This document shows, piece by piece, positions 51,281-62,800 of a stretch of DNA of 64,000 bases. The first letter of the stretch is position 1; the number at the start of each line of letters is the position of its first letter. Below the pieces are notes generated by a model that made no database searches, was not told the DNA's origin, and was given only the letters and a program-made list of their open reading frames with translations. Both the position numbers and the translations under genes were made by a program. Location of the stretch: positions 32,001-96,000 of the forward strand of contig CAXXLX010000002.1 of assembly GCA_963665235.2 (NCBI GenBank), read 5' to 3'. This DNA comes from Candidatus Poribacteria bacterium. GTDB lineage: Bacteria > Poribacteria > WGA-4E > WGA-3G.

Positions 51281-51525
51281 GGCTGTTCAGTGTTCGGGCA
51301 AACGGTTTCCCGCTCCTCTGGGCGATTCATCGCCCGTACCGTTTGCCTTCCGTGATTTGGACAAAGGGGAACAACACGTAGGGGCGGGGTCCCCCCGCCC
51401 TTACGAGGTTCCTGCTAAATTTGCGTAAGTCCTGAAAAAAATAATTCGGTTCTTTCGTCCGAGCCGTGTCGTTAACAAAGCATCTCTTAATTCTGTGCAT
51501 TCCGTGCCTTCCGCGATTCTGACAG

Positions 51526-51780
51526 AACGCGAGTTTGAAAAAAGTTTTGACCTAGAGCGTTCTGTGGTAGTTTTAGCAAAAAACAGCACAAACTAGGAAG
51601 TTTATGCTACAAGTATACCGCTTTTTTCGCGATGAAAAGGTTTAGAGCAAACGGATATTTATTATCAAGCTCACGTTGACAGAAAAGAGCACAAACTAGG
51701 AAGTTTATGCTACAAGTATACCGCTTTTTTCGCGATGAAAAGGTTTAGAGCAAACGGATATTTATTATCAAGCTCACGTT
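51526..51780. mobile_element. AACGTGAG-family MITE with a duplicated second half
   Basis: AACGCGAGTTTGAAAAAAGTTTT...TTATTATCAAGCTCACGTT; GACAG flanks; ~103-bp direct duplication; interior matches 18720-18981 inverted. Confidence 0.75.
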
Positions 51781-51820
51781 GACAGAAAAGAGAATACAAT
51801 CTAACTGAAAGGAGTATCTG

Positions 51821-52111
51821 ATGTCGAAACGAAAACGAAGAAACTTCACCCCCAAGTTTAAAGCGGAGGTCGTTCTTGAGGCACTCAGCGGTGAAAGCTC
51901 ACAAGCAGATTTGTGTCGCCGACATAACCTCAGTGAAGCCCAGGTCTCAAAGTGGAAACAGCAGTTCCTTGAAAATGCGGCATCTGTGTTTGCCCCCACG
52001 GATAAGCAATCCAGCGAGGCAGCGAAGCACATTGCACACCTTGAACAGCTCGTTGGGCGATTGACCGCGGCATTAGACAACCAAAAGAACCCCTCGACTT
52101 GGTTGAGTTGA
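51821..52111 (+). mobile_element. IS3-family OrfA (HTH) remnant; OrfB integrase domain absent
   Basis: RRNFTPKFKAEVVLEAL...LCRRHNL....SKWKQQF followed by a coiled coil; SD AAGGAG. Confidence 0.8.
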
Positions 52112-52481
52112 CCCCCTGTCTCAACAGCACCAAATAGTTGAGGCGTTAAGGAGCGGGGTTCCACGTAATGATTTAATCAGAGTCCGCCTACGAACATCAG
52201 TATTCGGGTTACAAGCCCGCTCCTCTAAGGGCGAGGTTCCCTCGCCCTATAATCCGCGCGAATCCGCGATTTGCGGCGTACTCGCCCAAATGCGCCGTGC
52301 ATTCAGACAAAAAACGCTAAAACTATAATCACAAAACTTTGATTGTTACGCATCGGACACTCCGCGTTCTCCGTGTCATCCGCGATTCAGACAACACAAG
52401 CGAAATCCATCCTTCCACTCTTCCACTCTTCCATCCTTCCATCCTTCCCTCTATCATAGTACAAAAACTTTACACACCCCC

Positions 52482-52813
52482 CTTCATTGCATTTTGTGGC
52501 ATAATCTTTCATTTTGTGTTATCCTTATATAATAAACTTTATGAAGGTTAATCTTTAAGTTATGTAATTTTGGGGCGTTTGATAAATCATCCGAACTAAA
52601 GCTAAGCGTTCAGTATTCGGTGTAGTCCCTTGTTTCTTTAGGCAATTCGTTGCCTGTGGGTTCCCGAAGTATTTATTTGGACTTCATTGCATTTTGTGGT
52701 ATAAACTTTCATTTTGTGTTATCCTTATATAATAAACTTTATGAAGTTAATCAAGTTATGTAATTTGGGGCGTTTGATAAATCACCTCGAATACTAAACA
52801 TAAGCGTTCAGTT
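52482..52813. repeat. ~130-bp AT-rich direct repeat, two copies
   Basis: CTTCATTGCATTTTGTGG...TAAGCGTTCAGT at about 52482 and 52682. Confidence 0.8.
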
Positions 52814-52839
52814 TAAAAATTTAAAATTTTATTAAGGAG

Positions 52840-53216
52840 TGGGACTTACACAGCGCGTCGATAAACCCTTGTGTCACTGGCAATTGGCAATTGGAAACCA
52901 GATGTTGTGATTCTAAGAAGAGCTTTGAAGCACGTCAGAGGTTTCTCAAGGAGATAAAATTATCTCCATAAGCCAACGGTTTCCATTAGCAAGAAATATA
53001 AAATAACCCAAGTTGCTACTTATAAGTTTTTAGACCTGGAAACACCGTCTTTAATGAAAATATGCTGATAATTAGGTAATATTTGTAGCGTTCACTTCCA
53101 ATTTGCACACAAATATGCACAATCTGGAAGATTATGCTACTATGTGGCAACTTAGGTTAAAATACGGAAAGCATCGCTTTTTGCGTTTAATGACCAATTT
53201 GCTTGCGTAAGTCCTG
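52840..53216. mobile_element. CAGGACTTACGCA-family MITE containing a nested MITE (53005-53158)
   Basis: Outer ends TGGGACTTACACA and TGCGTAAGTCCTG; inner ends AACCCAAGTTGCTAC and GTGGCAACTTAGGTT with an AAAAT duplication. Confidence 0.65.
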
Positions 53217-53223
53217 GGACATC

Positions 53224-55899
53224 ATGATGTTAAAAAGATTGACGAACTTAAACCTATTTATAGTCTTCCTCTTGGCAGTTTCCGTTTGCATATCAGGCAT
53301 TGCCGAAGCGAACAACGCACCGAACACTGTGGGACCGATTCCTACCCAAACGGTGGGCCTCGGCACAACGCAGACAATGGATCTTTTGACGTGGTTCAAC
53401 GACATCGATGGCGACGTGTTGACTTACACCGCCTCCTCCGCGGATACCGCCATAGCAACGGTGTCGGTGTCAGATACAACCTTGACCGTTACGCCGGTGG
53501 CAGTGGGACAAGTAACGATAACCCTCACTGGCACAGATGCAGGCGGTTTAAGTGCAACGCACAGCTTTTCTTTGAATGTACAGGTCAACGAAGCACCGAC
53601 TGCTAAGGGCACAATTCCTGCTCAACTTCTGACACCTAATGGGAATTCTGTCTCAATTGATGCCTACAATTACTTCAGCGACCCCGAGGAGGATGCGTTG
53701 AGTTACAGTGCCGCCTCCTCGGATACCGCCATAGCGACAACGACCGTTTCAGGCTCATGGGTATCCATCTCTCCCCTTGCAAAAGGGATAGCTACGATTA
53801 CCGTCACGGCGACAGACCTCGGCGGGTTGAGCATTGACCAGACGTTCTCTGTGTTCACTGACCATCCACCGACAACCGTGGGTACAATTCCGGCTCAAGA
53901 AGTTATGGAAACGAAAACCTTATCGTTGAATGTTAGCGACTATTTCAGCGATCCCGAGGGCGATACCTTGACCTACACCGTCAGCTCCTCTGATACCGAC
54001 ACAGTCGTTGCAACCGTGTCGACTGATACGGTGGACCTCCAAGGAAAAGCTGAGGGGACAGCGACAATCACCGTGACAGTAACAGATACCAGCGGTTCAA
54101 CGGCTCAGCAGACCTTCTCTTTGACTGTCACACCGTTCAACAGTCCGCCGGTCACCGTGGGGACAATCCCCGACCAATCGGGGGTTGACGGAGGCGATGC
54201 CGCCACGGTTGTCCTGACCAGCTACTTCCAGGATAGTGCTGATGATACCTTGACCTACACGGCTGCTTCCTCGGATACCGAGGTAGCCACGGTGAGCGTG
54301 TCGGAGGCAACGTTATCGGTCAGTCCCGAGTCAGCGGGTACAGCAACCATAACCGTGACAGCGACAGACACTGCCGGTTCAACGGCTACTCAGACATTTT
54401 CCGTTTCTGTCAGGGCAAATCAGGCACCCGTCCTGTCAAATACATTTGACTCATACCAGGTAGAGGGGGCAGGACCGATTAGCATTACCCTGAGCAGCCA
54501 CTTCAGCGACCCTGATGGCGATCCGTTGACCTATACGGCGAGTACCACTGATTCGTCAATCGCGGGTGTGTCCATTTCGGGGAGTACACTCACTATTAGT
54601 GTTGGTAGCGGCTGGAATGTGGGGGTGGCATCCATAACCGTGACAGCATCCGACCCTTACGGCAAGAGTGCATCCTCGGCGTTTCCATTTACGAGAGGAC
54701 ACCCACCCGGGCACGAGGACAATCAACTACCTAGGTATCCCGGAGCACCGGCAGATGCCGTACCGGGTCTCAGCAGCGAAGAACTATCGCAGCTCGGCAC
54801 CTTGTTGAAGTATGATACGATTATCTTCAACGAACTGCATAACGGCTCCGACGATACCACCGACTGGCTGGAACTCCGCAATGTAAGCACAGCCGCTATC
54901 GCACTTGACGACTGGCAACTCACTGTCCGGACAGCGGAAGCGAGTGTCATTGTCGCGTTCCCCGCAGGCACGGTTATCCCCGCAGGGGATGTGCTCTTAA
55001 TTACCAACCCTGATACAGCATCAGCCGATATATCTGTTCTGTCTGTGGTTTCTGAAAAATTTGCGTTGCCACAAGCACCGTTTGCATTGATCCTACGAAA
55101 CCCGACAGTGTTCGGTGATATTGCAGGGAATTACGTCCAAGGCGAAACCGTAGCAACGACCCCCGCATTCACTGTAGACACGGTATGGGAACGAACGCAG
55201 CCAATAGTTTTTGGGTATAGCGCGGCGGCGTGGGCAGTTAGCACTTATCAAGATGGGCTCGGCACTCCGGGTTATCAGCCTCTATCAACGGATATAAATA
55301 GGGATGGGGTTGTGAACATTTTTGACTTGGTGTTAGTTGCCTCACAGTTCGGAACGACAAGCACAACCGCGGATCTGAATGGTGACGGCACTGTCAACCT
55401 GATGGATTTGGCTTTAGTTGCCGGGGCATTAGGTCCCGCTATTGGCGCACCGACAGCGAATAGGTCTACTGCCGCTGTCGTTAACAATTGGTTGACGGTT
55501 GCGCGTCAAAACGCTGCAAACGTTGTTAAATCCTCCATTCCGGAAGGATTTTCATACCAGCGCGGCATTCAGGTGCTTGAAGAGTTAACACGTGCGTTGA
55601 CACCTGATGCAACCGCGCTATTAGCGAACTATCCGAACCCGTTCAACCCAGAGACATGGATACCGTATCAGTTGGCGAAAGCCGCAGATGTGACGATAAC
55701 CATCTATGCCTCGGATGGGAACGTTGTTCGGACGTTAGTGTTAGGGCATCGGGATGCGGGCATGTATAAAACCCGTACCCAGGCGGCATATTGGGATGGC
55801 AAAAACGAAATAGGTGAGTCCGTAGCCAGCGGCGTGTATTTCTACACCCTCACCGCCGGTGACTTCTCCGCCACGCGCAAGATGCTCATCCTCAAGTAA
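53224..55899 (+). CDS. Array gene 7: 5 cadherin-like repeats + cassette
   Basis: MMLKRLTNLN signal peptide; repeats; cassette. Confidence 0.92.
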   Translation: MMLKRLTNLNLFIVFLLAVSVCISGIAEANNAPNTVGPIPTQTVGLGTTQTMDLLTWFNDIDGDVLTYTASSADTAIATVSVSDTTLTVTPVAVGQVTITLTGTDAGGLSATHSFSLNVQVNEAPTAKGTIPAQLLTPNGNSVSIDAYNYFSDPEEDALSYSAASSDTAIATTTVSGSWVSISPLAKGIATITVTATDLGGLSIDQTFSVFTDHPPTTVGTIPAQEVMETKTLSLNVSDYFSDPEGDTLTYTVSSSDTDTVVATVSTDTVDLQGKAEGTATITVTVTDTSGSTAQQTFSLTVTPFNSPPVTVGTIPDQSGVDGGDAATVVLTSYFQDSADDTLTYTAASSDTEVATVSVSEATLSVSPESAGTATITVTATDTAGSTATQTFSVSVRANQAPVLSNTFDSYQVEGAGPISITLSSHFSDPDGDPLTYTASTTDSSIAGVSISGSTLTISVGSGWNVGVASITVTASDPYGKSASSAFPFTRGHPPGHEDNQLPRYPGAPADAVPGLSSEELSQLGTLLKYDTIIFNELHNGSDDTTDWLELRNVSTAAIALDDWQLTVRTAEASVIVAFPAGTVIPAGDVLLITNPDTASADISVLSVVSEKFALPQAPFALILRNPTVFGDIAGNYVQGETVATTPAFTVDTVWERTQPIVFGYSAAAWAVSTYQDGLGTPGYQPLSTDINRDGVVNIFDLVLVASQFGTTSTTADLNGDGTVNLMDLALVAGALGPAIGAPTANRSTAAVVNNWLTVARQNAANVVKSSIPEGFSYQRGIQVLEELTRALTPDATALLANYPNPFNPETWIPYQLAKAADVTITIYASDGNVVRTLVLGHRDAGMYKTRTQAAYWDGKNEIGESVASGVYFYTLTAGDFSATRKMLILK

Positions 55900-56129
55900 C
55901 GTTAGGTCAGGCGAGGTGTCACAACCTCGCCACAACCTATCTCTATGTCCGTAGGGGCGGGGTCTCCCCGCCCGAGAGGTGCGATAATATAAAAAAATAA
56001 TTCGGTTCTTTCGTCTGAGCCGGGTCGGTAACAAAGAAGCTCTTAATTCCGCGAAATCCGCGATTTGCGGCGTACTCGCCCAAATGCGCCGTGCATTCAG
56101 ACAAACAAAAATTTAAGGAGAACAAAAAA

Positions 56130-59100
56130 ATGTTAAAACGATTAACAACGACAACGCTTTTTCTTATCTTGACCCTGACCCTTTTCGTTGCCATGGTAGG
56201 CGTTAGCGAGGCGCAAACTATAAATCCTCCAGACTACTTCTGGTCCTTTTCGAAGCGCAACAGCTTTACAGCTCTCTGGGATGAACCCGACCTTCCCTGG
56301 GGATGGGCGGTTGACTATTATAACCTCCGATACAGAAAGCAGGGGGATACAAGTTGGACAGATGTCCCCACCAACATCTCTGCTTGGGACGGTACCCAAT
56401 GGCGAGGAAAGATTACGATCCCAGATCTAACGCCAAACACCACTTATGAATATCAGGTGCGTACCAAAGGCTACACTTTTTTTGCGATTACTAAAACCGG
56501 CGACTGGTCGTCAACACAGGAAGCGAAGACAAAAGCGAACGGGGCACCGACCACTGTGGGGTCGATACCCGATCAATCGAAAGTTGAAAGCTCTACCCTT
56601 ACAGTGGATGTGAGTAGTTATTTCAGCGACCCCGAGAGCGACACACTAACCTACACTGCAACCTCATCGGATACGAGCAAAGCCACAGTGACCGTGTCAG
56701 GTGCTAATGTAAACGTTTCTACGTTGGCTCCGGGGTCGGCAACAATCACCGTTACCGCAACGGATATCTTCAATGCCACCGGCACCCAGACCATCGAGGT
56801 GACGGTGACTCCAAATCAGGCACCGCAGTTAATCGGAACAATTCCGGACCAAACACTAAAGGTCGGTGGTACTGACCATCTCGGACCGCTGGCAGGCGTT
56901 ATAATTAATAATATAAGGTTCTATTTCAGCGACCCTGATGGCCATACACTAACCTATAGTGCAACCTCATCCGATACGAGCATCGCCACAGTGAGCGTTG
57001 CAGAATCAACCTTTATGACCCAATTACTCACCAATGCTGTGGGTGAGGGGTCGGCGACAATCACCGTCACAGCAACGGATACCCTCGGTGCCACCGGCAC
57101 GCAAACCTTCACGGCAACCGTGCAGCCAAACTCGGCACCGGAACTGGTGGGTTCTATTCCTGCCCAAACGGTATCTTTGACTGCATCTGCTGTGACAGTA
57201 GATGTGAGTAGTTACTTCAGTGATGCCGATAATAATCCACTAACCTATAGTGCAACCTCGTCGGATACAAGCAAAGCCACAGTAAGCCTGTCAGGGGCAA
57301 CGCTAACAATCACAGGAGTGGTTGCGGGGTCGGCGACAATCACCGTAACAGCAACGGATACCGCCAACGCAACGGCTACACAGACTATCTCTGTCACGGT
57401 TGTTACAAACCGCGTACCGGTGTCGGTGGGAACTATTCCAACCCAAACCTTGGGTGTCGGCGGCACAGCTGCGACAGTGGATATGAGTCCCTACTTCAGC
57501 GACCCCGATGGGAATTCACTAACCTATGTTGCAAGACCAGCCGATACGAGCATCGTCACAGTGACCCGGTCAGGGTCAACGTTCACCATCACACCCGTGG
57601 CTGCGGGCTCCACAACAATCACCGCGCAGGCGAGTGATGACAGCAACGCATCCGCTACGCAGACCTTCTCTGTCAAAGTCGTTTCAAATAGAACACCGAC
57701 CAAGGTAGGCACAATTCCGAGCCAATTGGTGAGAGTCGGCAGCACTGCCGCGACAATTGATGTGAGTCCTTACTTCAGCGATCCCGATGGACATACACTA
57801 ACCTATAGTGCAACCTCATATAGTACGAGCAAAGCCACAGTGAGCATGTCAGGGTCAACCGTAACCATCACCGCGGTGGCCGCCGGTAACTCGACAATAA
57901 GAGTGAAAGCCACAGATATCCACAACGCAAGCACCACGCACACTTTCTCTGTCAAGGTCGTTGCAAGCGACGCGGTGGTCCGTGTGGGTACAATTCCGGC
58001 ACAAACGGTGGCACTGAGTGGAACTGGCGTTGCGACAGTGGATGTAAGTAATTACTTCAGCGGGCCCGATGGCGATACACTAACCTATAGTGCAACCTCA
58101 TCCAGTACGAGCAGAGCCACAGTGAGCGTGTCAGACGCAACGGTAACCATCACCGGCGTAGCTGCGGGGTGGTCGACAATAAGGGTGACCGCGACAAATA
58201 GCAGCAACGCATCCGCTACACAGAGTTTCTCTACCAGGGTCTATGCAAACCGCGCACCGACCAAGGTGGGCACAATTCCGACGCTCAATACTGCTCAGAC
58301 TTGGAATGAGCAGTTCGGCGTTAGCAGCTATTTCAGCGACCCCGATGGCAATACATTGACCTACGCCGCAAGCTCCTCTGATGACACTATAGCCGATGCA
58401 GGCATTAGTAGCACGGATAGTTCGGCGGTGTATGTCTTCGGAAATGGTGTGGGAACAGCGACAATCACCGTGACAGCGACAGACCCAGGTGGATTGACTG
58501 GGACGCAGACCTTCTCCGTTGAAGTCGCTGCCGAGGTCCACCAGGCTGATACCGTGCCGGGGCTCAGCAGCACAGAGCAATTGCTGCTCGGTAAACTGCT
58601 CACGTATGATACGATTATCTTCAACGAATTGTGCAACAGCTCCATCGATGCAAACGATTGGTTGGAACTCCGAAATGTTAGCAATATCGACATCCCGATG
58701 GACGAATGGCAACTCCGCATTCTTACCGGTGAAGGTAATGCTGTTATTCCGTTACCCAAAGGTACGGTTATACCGGCAGGCCAAGTCCTCTTAATCACAA
58801 ACACTGAGATGGCCACAATAGATGCGTCCGTTGCACCTATCGTTATTAAATCTTTCGTGGTGCCGCAATCGGAGTTCGCTTTGATCCTACGCAGTCCGAA
58901 TGTGTTCGGCGACATCGCCGGCAATTACTATGAAGGTCAAAGAGAACGTCCCAAAACGTCACCCGCATTGACAGTAGACACAGTGTGGGCTCGCACACAA
59001 CCGATTATCTCCGGGTATCGTGCGGAGGCGTGGGCAAAAAGCACGTACCGAAATGGACTCGGTTCACCAGGCTATCACCCGTCAGCTCTAATAGGCGATC

Positions 59101-59708
59101 TGAACAACGACAGTGTCGTGAACATCTTAGACCTTGTGCTGGTTGCCTCAAAGTTCGGGACACTAGGGCATACGGCAGCAGATCTGAACGGTGATAACAC
59201 TGTAAACGTTCAAGATCTGCTTATGGTTGCTGGTGCGTTAGGGCCCGCTATCGGTGCGCCAACAGCGAATCAGTCCGAGGCAGCAACGGTCAACAGTTGG
59301 CTGCAGCTTGCGCGTCAAAACGAATCGAAAGTCGTCGAATCCGCTATGCCAGGAGGTTTCTCCTACGAACGCGGGATACAGGTACTTGAAGAGTTAGCAC
59401 GTGCGTTGACACCTGATGCAACCGCGCTCTTAGCGAACTATCCGAACCCGTTCAACCCAGAGACATGGATACCGTATCAGTTATCAAAAACGGTTGACGT
59501 AACGATAACGATATATGCGTCAGATGGGAACGTTGTTCGGACGTTAGCATTAGGGCATAGGGATGCGGGCATGTATAAGACCCGTAGTCAAGCCGCGTAT
59601 TGGGATGGCAAAAACGAAATAGGTGAGTCCGTAGCCAGCGGCGTGTATTTCTACACCCTCACCGCCGGTGATTTCTCTGCCACGCGCAAAATGCTCATCC
59701 TCAAATAA
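56130..59708 (+). CDS. Array gene 8: FN3 + 7 cadherin-like repeats + cassette
   Basis: MLKRLTTTT start after AAGGAG; LTPNTTYEYQVR FN3 motif. Confidence 0.92.
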   Translation: MLKRLTTTTLFLILTLTLFVAMVGVSEAQTINPPDYFWSFSKRNSFTALWDEPDLPWGWAVDYYNLRYRKQGDTSWTDVPTNISAWDGTQWRGKITIPDLTPNTTYEYQVRTKGYTFFAITKTGDWSSTQEAKTKANGAPTTVGSIPDQSKVESSTLTVDVSSYFSDPESDTLTYTATSSDTSKATVTVSGANVNVSTLAPGSATITVTATDIFNATGTQTIEVTVTPNQAPQLIGTIPDQTLKVGGTDHLGPLAGVIINNIRFYFSDPDGHTLTYSATSSDTSIATVSVAESTFMTQLLTNAVGEGSATITVTATDTLGATGTQTFTATVQPNSAPELVGSIPAQTVSLTASAVTVDVSSYFSDADNNPLTYSATSSDTSKATVSLSGATLTITGVVAGSATITVTATDTANATATQTISVTVVTNRVPVSVGTIPTQTLGVGGTAATVDMSPYFSDPDGNSLTYVARPADTSIVTVTRSGSTFTITPVAAGSTTITAQASDDSNASATQTFSVKVVSNRTPTKVGTIPSQLVRVGSTAATIDVSPYFSDPDGHTLTYSATSYSTSKATVSMSGSTVTITAVAAGNSTIRVKATDIHNASTTHTFSVKVVASDAVVRVGTIPAQTVALSGTGVATVDVSNYFSGPDGDTLTYSATSSSTSRATVSVSDATVTITGVAAGWSTIRVTATNSSNASATQSFSTRVYANRAPTKVGTIPTLNTAQTWNEQFGVSSYFSDPDGNTLTYAASSSDDTIADAGISSTDSSAVYVFGNGVGTATITVTATDPGGLTGTQTFSVEVAAEVHQADTVPGLSSTEQLLLGKLLTYDTIIFNELCNSSIDANDWLELRNVSNIDIPMDEWQLRILTGEGNAVIPLPKGTVIPAGQVLLITNTEMATIDASVAPIVIKSFVVPQSEFALILRSPNVFGDIAGNYYEGQRERPKTSPALTVDTVWARTQPIISGYRAEAWAKSTYRNGLGSPGYHPSALIGDLNNDSVVNILDLVLVASKFGTLGHTAADLNGDNTVNVQDLLMVAGALGPAIGAPTANQSEAATVNSWLQLARQNESKVVESAMPGGFSYERGIQVLEELARALTPDATALLANYPNPFNPETWIPYQLSKTVDVTITIYASDGNVVRTLALGHRDAGMYKTRSQAAYWDGKNEIGESVASGVYFYTLTAGDFSATRKMLILK

Positions 59709-59802
59709 CCTGTTAATAGGCGAGGTGTCAAAACCTCGCCTTAACTCTAAAGTCTGTCTAAACTTTTTTCCAACAGATTAATTATTTTAAAGGAAACTTA
59801 TC

Positions 59803-62800
59803 ATGAAAAGATCAAATTTTTCGTTTACAACAATTCTTTTTGCTTCAGTGCTAAGCTCGGTTTTCGTTTTCTGCTCAATACAAGTCGAGGCACAGACTAT
59901 CCCCGCCCCGTCTTCTATCAGTGTATCTAACCCGGGTCAAACCAGTTTTACAGTAAATTGGATAGCACCTGATACGGGTGGAATCGCCATTACAGGGTAT
60001 GATGTGGAATACCGGGATGCCAGCATCACTGGCAGCAGTTTCGTAGATGCCGGGCACACCGGCACAACGACGAGCATTACGATCACCGGCTTGACAAGAT
60101 ACACTGAGTATGCGCTTCGAATACGGACGCTCACTGCAAATGCAAACAGTGCATGGTCAACCTCAGTGTTCACGAGCACACTCTCGGCAATTCCAGCACC
60201 CTCTTCGCTGACCGCCTCTAACAAAACGACTACCGGTTTTGACGTGAGTTGGACGGCACCGACCACCACTGAGACCGTTACAAGTTATGATGTCCGATAC
60301 CGCCCCATCGGTGTATCCGGTAGTTTCGTTTCTACGAACACCACTAATACGCAGGTTACCCTTAGCGGTTTAACACCGAACATTACGTATGAAGTCCAAG
60401 TGCGGGCGAATAGTGCGACTGAAAGCAGCATTTGGACAGTATCACCAAACTCATTGATAGTGAAAACACTCGCGGAGACTGTTTTAAGCGAGCTCGGTAC
60501 ACCCTCTAATGTCACCGCATCTAATAATACTAACACCAGTTTTGACGTGAGGTGGACGGCACCGACCACCACTGAGACCATTACAGGGTATGATGTGCAA
60601 TACGGGATAAACATCGCTTACGTCACGACCGTGTCTGTCACAGGCACAAGTACCAGTCTAACAGGGTTGACACCAAACACGGGTTATCTAATCCAAGTCC
60701 GCGCAAAAAGTGCAAATGGCAAAGGTGCCTGGTCAACGACCGTGTATGCGGCGACCACGTCAGGAGCGATAAGCAGTTTGCCTGCACCCACGGGGCTCAC
60801 GGCATCTAATAAGACGAGCACAGGTTTCACAGTCAGTTGGACGGAACCGACCACCACCGAGACCATTACAGGGTATGATGTCAGATACAAAGTGGTATCT
60901 ACAGCGACTTACACCGACGCGGAGCACACGGGGACAGACACAAGTTCTACCTTCACAGGGTTGACACCCAACACTAATTATGAGTTCCAAGTCCGCACAG
61001 TGATAAGTAGAGGATATAGTGCTTGGTCAGCTACATTCTACGATGCGACACTCACGCAGTATCCGATTGCCGCACCGACTGGGCTGACCGTATCTAATAA
61101 GACGAGCACGGGTTTCACAGTGAGTTGGACGGCCCCGACAAATACAAGCGGGTTAACCCTCACGGGATACGAGGTCAGATACAGCATCGTATCTTCAGCG
61201 ACTTACACCGACGCGGGGCACACGGGGACAGACACAAGTTCTACCTTCACAGGGTTGACACCCAACACTGCTTATGAGGCCCAAGTCCGCGCAGTCGCAG
61301 GCAATGATACAAGTGTGTGGTCCTTACCAGTCTATACGGCGACACTCACGCAGTATCCGATTGCCGCACCGACCGGGCTGACCGTATCTAATCGGACTTC
61401 TACCGGTTTCACAGTGAGTTGGACAGCACCGACTAATACGAGCGGGTTAACCATCACCGGTTATGATGTTAGATACAAAGTGGTATCTTCAGCGACTTAC
61501 AGCGATGCTGGTCACACGGGGACAGACACAAGTTTTACCTTCGCAGGATTGACACCAAACACTAGTTATAAGGTCCAAATTCGCGCAGTGGGAGGAAGTG
61601 ATACAAGTTTGTGGACCTCAGCAGTCTATACGGCGACACTCGCGTCTACCGCTGATGCGGTGCCGGGTCTCAGCAGCCAAGAGCTGTTGCAACTCGGTGC
61701 GTTGCTAACTTACGATACGGTTATCATCAATGAGCTCCACAACAGTTCCATTGATGCCAACGACTGGCTGGAACTCCGAAACGTCAGCGGTGCGGACCTT
61801 CCACTTGACACTTGGCACCTCACTGTCCGGACAGCCGATAGTAATCTCGTTGTGACGTTCCCCACAGGCACGGTGATCCCTACAGGTGATGTCCTTTTAC
61901 TCACCAACACAGCGGGAGGTCGCGAGCAAAGCTCGCTCCTACAAGAAGATGGCGAGATGGCGACAGCAGATGATATGTCTGTGTTATCTGTGGTTTCTGA
62001 AGCCTTTGTGTTGCCACAAGCAAAGTTTGCGTTGGTTCTACGAAGTCCGACAGTGTTCGGCGACATCGCAGGGAATTACGTTCAAGGCGAAGCCCTATCA
62101 ACGACCCCCGCATTCACCGTAGACACGGCATGGGACCGCACGCAGCCGGTTGCCTTCGGGTATCGCACCGAGGCGTGGGCAAAGAGCACCTATCAAAATG
62201 GACTCGGCTCCCCAGGCTATCAGCCTCTGGCTCCATCAGCGGATGTCAATAGCGATGGTCTTGTAAACATCTTTGATTTGGTGTTAGTTGCCTCACAGTT
62301 CGGGACAACAAGCACAACCGCCGATCTGAATAGGGACGGCACTGTCAACATAGCGGATTTGGCTTTAGTTGCCGGGGCGTTAGGTCCCGCTATCGGCGCG
62401 CCGACTGCAAATCAGTCCGCTGCCGCGGTCGTCAACAATTGGCTCAAACTTGCCCGTGAAAACGCTGCAAACGTCGTTAAATCCTCCATTCCGGCAGGAT
62501 TTTCATACCAGCGCGGCATTCAGGTGCTTGAAGAGTTAGCACGTGCGTTGACACCGAATACAACCGCCTTATTGGCGAACTATCCGAACCCGTTCAACCC
62601 AGAGACATGGATACCGTATCAGTTGGCAAAAGCCACTGATGTAACGCTAACGATATATGCCTCGGATGGCAACCTTGTTCGGACGTTAGCAATAGGGCAT
62701 CGAGATGTGGGCATGTATAAAACCCGTACCCAAGCCGCCTATTGGGATGGTAAAAATGCGTTAGGCGAGTCCGTAGCGAGCGGTGTGTATTTCTACACCC

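Noticed and set aside
51821-52170. Intact IS3 element
   Set aside because: No OrfB/DDE reading frame follows OrfA.
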